64,000 bases of DNA. Source: Lepidodermella squamata. Lineage: Eukaryota; Animalia; Gastrotricha. The stretch covers positions 2,170,001 to 2,234,000 of the forward strand of contig JBLDXI010000025.1 of assembly GCA_047495785.1 (NCBI GenBank). The letters are read 5' to 3'. The position numbers and the translations under genes are program-made. Below, piece after piece: positions 60,316 to 64,000 of the stretch (its first letter is position 1; each line of letters starts with the position of its first letter). The notes under the pieces are model-generated. The model saw nothing but the letters and a program-made list of their open reading frames with translations. It was not told where the DNA came from and ran no database searches.

Positions 60316-62813
60316 GAATTTAAGATTCGGCGATTTATGATAAATGATAAACAAACCGTTAATCGGCTTGTTTAAGAAGAATAAACCCGTACAATGGATC
60401 ATAGACGGTGGCGTATATAAAAATAGCACAATACCGCCCATATTTTATTGATTCTATGGACATAATTATTGTGCTCGTTTCCAATAAGTATCATCATGTC
60501 CTTGTCAAGCCACAGACAGATAACCAGGCGATTACTGGCTACTAACCGTAAATAGATGTTGCTTTTCGCATTTGATATCCCTGAGGCTCGATGCCTTGCG
60601 CTCAACCAAAGGAATGCATCGGACTTAAGGTGGGAATTCGAAGCATTATTTGGCTGTGCGGTTTGCAGAATGTACTCTATTTGAGACACTGTCGTTCCGC
60701 CCCAACTGGCAAAATCTGAGCTGTTCCACTTTTCAGGCGCCTATCCCAACCTTCAGCTGTCTCAAGTCTCCATCAAGATAGTCCTCCCATAATTAAGTGT
60801 AAATAACATTACAAGAATTGTTCAATTTTGGTTGCCCGAGTCTGAATTGCCCTCGATCCAATGCCATCGTCCCTGGTTTTAAAACTGTTCAAATTCGATT
60901 ACATGAAAAATTCGCCAAGAATGCGTCACCTTTTAAGTAGCGCGTAGAGAATCTATAGCAATCCTTGTTCTTATTGAATCAATCATTAGACTCGGCGGGT
61001 GGAATGCCCGCTGATTGTCTGTGGTTTGTTACGTACCTAAATTAATACCATCACGTATCTCGTTACATTTAAACTTTAAATTTCGCGAAAATATGTAGAT
61101 GACATTTCGCCACAACAATGACGGCGTAATGTCCTCGGCCGGCCCCATAAGCGGAGACTGACAGGATTTCATTCTTCCCAATTGAGCGGTTAAATGCATT
61201 CTCCGACAATAATCACGGACGCAATTACCCCTCTGCATGTGACACAGCAGTCATCATCAGAGAATCATGGAAGTTGAAGTGATTAACGTTTGATGGTTGT
61301 TGACGTTTCGATATGGGCAGATTGAAGGAGAAACTGACATCGTCCGCAAATTGGCTCAATGAACAACGAATGAGATAAACCTTCAATTCAAAACAGAAGT
61401 TGTAGATGAAACCGACGGCTAAATGTGACGAAGAAAGCTGTAGTGCTAATCTGCTCTGCAAGAAGCCAGAAGCAAACGGCACCGGAGACGATTTTACCGG
61501 TCATAAAATTACACATTGGAAAACACATGTGTTGGAATGTTGCTGAAAGGAAGGTGAAAAAGTTGCAAGCTGCTTGATATTTCTGTGAATATTAAATATC
61601 GGGGCGGTTAAACAGGCATCAAGGCAACTTGATAACCGAGATTCACATGACAGCAAGAAAATCGCGCGCTAATTTTTTGGTCTTGATTTATCGTTGTAAA
61701 GGGCTATTTCTTTGGTTTTCTGTTGCTCCCATCTCGTTTTGCTGTTATATCGCTTGCTCATTTTGTTAACAACCATTTTAACAGCCTTTTTGCCAGAATA
61801 TGTTATCTTTTATCCGTGATTTAACCGAATAAATCACAAATTTACCGGAGAAAACCCGGAGAACCCTAATGGTAACTGATTCGGAAATGTTCGGTATTTT
61901 ACCCGGTTGGACGAAATTTTTCCGGATTTTTATAATCTCATTAACAAGTGACATGCTCGTGATTTTCTAAACTTTCCTAAAAAAAAATTCTGGCTATGCG
62001 AGGTAACTTCGTCTCTCATTTCAGTTTCTGAACACTTCTCCGTGTAATTACATTGCTTGCGTTACTATCAAAGTTATGGACGATTAAAAAAGTTGAAAAA
62101 TCGCCGGATAATCGGGACTCGCAAGCCATTCAAAGAATCGCATAATTTTCGAGCATTGTGTCGCTCCCGTTAACCCAACTCGTCGATATAAGCCGTTGCA
62201 GTATTCTCCAGCTATCTCCCTTAAAATTAGGTCATTGAACCGTAAACCGTGTCGGCCAATCAAAAACTTCCAGCGAGTAATTATTTCATTTTTTATTATG
62301 TTTTTTTCCTTTCAATATTTTCGGTCAATTTTTCCGAGTTGAGAGACAAACGTGCAACTTGTCGCGAGTCAAAGTTAATAGTAACATTCACTATTCATTA
62401 TAATAATCAATAAATTATATCAATTTTCATCCATTTACACAACAGCAACAGCTCTAACTTTCTGTACATTATCATCAATATCTCGCCGAAAATTTTATTA
62501 AATGAAACGAACGAGAATGTCTACAAATCAAAAGGCAAAGAGGAAGTCTCGAATCATCAGTTTTAGCATAATAACATAAAAAATGAAAAACCAACTCAAT
62601 AAGGAGGAAAGTTTGCTATAATAATATTTCAGATTTTTTTACCATCAATTATTATCAAAAAAAACAAGAGATGATGATGAGAGAGAAATGACGTGAGCAT
62701 AATCATTAATTTTGTTCAAGCGCGTTAAAATCGAATTGTTTACACTGATTAAGGCGGATTTTTTATTTTAAACTCTGAAAGACATGAAATTAATTTTTCT
62801 AGCCCGATTTTCT

Positions 62814-64000
62814 TCAAGGCGTCGACGTTTCGGACGATGACCCGCCGCCGTTTTGCTGCGCGACCATAACCAACTGGCGATACTCGGCATCCGGGTTGTA
62901 GCCGATAACTCGCCGTTGTAGTACCATCGACACCTCAGACATAGCCGGGCGGCGCGACGGATCGGCCCGCCAGCACTCTTCCATAAGGCACGCCAACTCA
63001 GCCGGGCAGTACGGCGACGGGATGCGCGGCAAATACGTCTCGTCATTCGACAGCTTACAAATGTGAGATGCTACGGCAGTTTCGTTTAGATGAGGCAGGG
63101 GTAGTAGGACCTCGGTCGGGGCGGGCGAGTAGGAGACAGTGCCCCAGGCTAGCAGTTCCCACAGGGTGACTGCAAATGACCAAACGTCAGATTTCGCCGA
63201 GTAGTCACCCGCTAGCAGGACCTCAGGCGCTGCCCACCGGACCGCGACCGGGCGATTCGCGCCTCGGCTCGACAGCGGCGTGTTCGGTTGAGAATACAGC
63301 CGCTGGTACCGTGTCCTAGCCGCCGCTGTGTCGGAGAGTTTCAGGACTAGCCCGACGCCGACGAAGCAATTCCGCGAGCCGACATCGCCGTGGCACATAT
63401 GCGCGACTGAGTCCATGTATCTGAGTGCCGAACTCAACTGCGAGGCGAGATGCAGCCGGCAGGATAGCGATAGGTACGAGCTGTGATCTGCTAACAAATC
63501 AACCATATCGCCTAATTTCGGCAGTTCATGCACGAGAATATTCGCCTGCATTGACTGGCCGACGACTAGCGATATGTTAGGGTGGTTCAAAATCGTTAGC
63601 AACCGGCATTCCGAGGCGAATTGATCGCGAGATATGTCCGGCGCGTTCGGGAAGAGGCGTTTCACCAAAACTAGGGCAGACGATACGGACTGGTCGTTTG
63701 ACCTAATTTCGCAGATGGTAATCTCGCCGAATTGCCCGCGGCCCAGGGTTTCGACGAGCAGCAACGACTCAGGGTCGATTTCGGCGACGAATCGCTCTTC
63801 GACCTCGGTCAACAACTGCTGGGCCTGTTCGTCCAGATCGTTCGCCGTCGCGCTGAGATTCGCCAAAATCGGCAGGGTGTTGCCGCAGGACCCGGTCCCG
63901 CACCCCGGCCCAGCCCTAGCGCCTAGGTCGTAGGCACTCAGGCGTGACGTGGTGTTATTGCCGGTCATTAGATGAGTCGAAGGCCGGCCGGTTGTTCGCG
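62814..64000 (-). CDS. DDR-like receptor tyrosine kinase, cytoplasmic kinase domain (partial; frame stays open past the window edge)
   Basis: LGRGQFGEITICE, VLVKRL, HGDVGSRNC, VRWAAPE, SDVWSFAVTLWELL and CWRADPSRRP. These are most similar in pattern to discoidin-domain receptor kinases. Confidence 0.8.
   Translation of the reverse strand, partial: RTTGRPSTHLMTGNNTTSRLSAYDLGARAGPGCGTGSCGNTLPILANLSATANDLDEQAQQLLTEVEERFVAEIDPESLLLVETLGRGQFGEITICEIRSNDQSVSSALVLVKRLFPNAPDISRDQFASECRLLTILNHPNISLVVGQSMQANILVHELPKLGDMVDLLADHSSYLSLSCRLHLASQLSSALRYMDSVAHMCHGDVGSRNCFVGVGLVLKLSDTAAARTRYQRLYSQPNTPLSSRGANRPVAVRWAAPEVLLAGDYSAKSDVWSFAVTLWELLAWGTVSYSPAPTEVLLPLPHLNETAVASHICKLSNDETYLPRIPSPYCPAELACLMEECWRADPSRRPAMSEVSMVLQRRVIGYNPDAEYRQLVMVAQQNGGGSSSETSTP

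Noticed and set aside
52807-60441. Longer N-terminal extensions of SSP ORFs in the track (53331, 54654, 56659, 58801, 60441)
   Set aside because: Paralogue alignment and signal peptides point to the downstream ATGs (MNIY.., MNIF.., MKNF..); the extensions are not conserved.

Overview
Eukaryotic (invertebrate animal) genomic DNA with very short introns (mostly 50-60 nt, GT-AG); I cannot name the species from the sequence. The left part (1-27 kb) holds six copies of a highly divergent nuclear-receptor family: one partial, and one interrupted by a CR1/L2-like LINE with a 5-bp TSD. It also contains an intronless Cys-loop ligand-gated ion channel gene, two Tc1/mariner-type MITEs and a foldback repeat. 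From 20 to 61 kb there is an interleaved cluster of 13 paralogous small secreted proteins sharing a C-x9/10-C...F-[YQ]-[ILVM]-W-A motif that I do not recognise. Two of these are split by introns and are absent from the ORF track. The same cluster contains four signal-peptide-bearing M13 neprilysins, two divergent class A GPCRs, a prominin-like gene and two orphan genes. The window ends in the kinase domain of a DDR-like tyrosine kinase with degenerate catalytic motifs. The main candidate for a new system is the co-clustered secreted peptide / neprilysin / GPCR locus. Gene models were spliced by eye, and no database searches were run.
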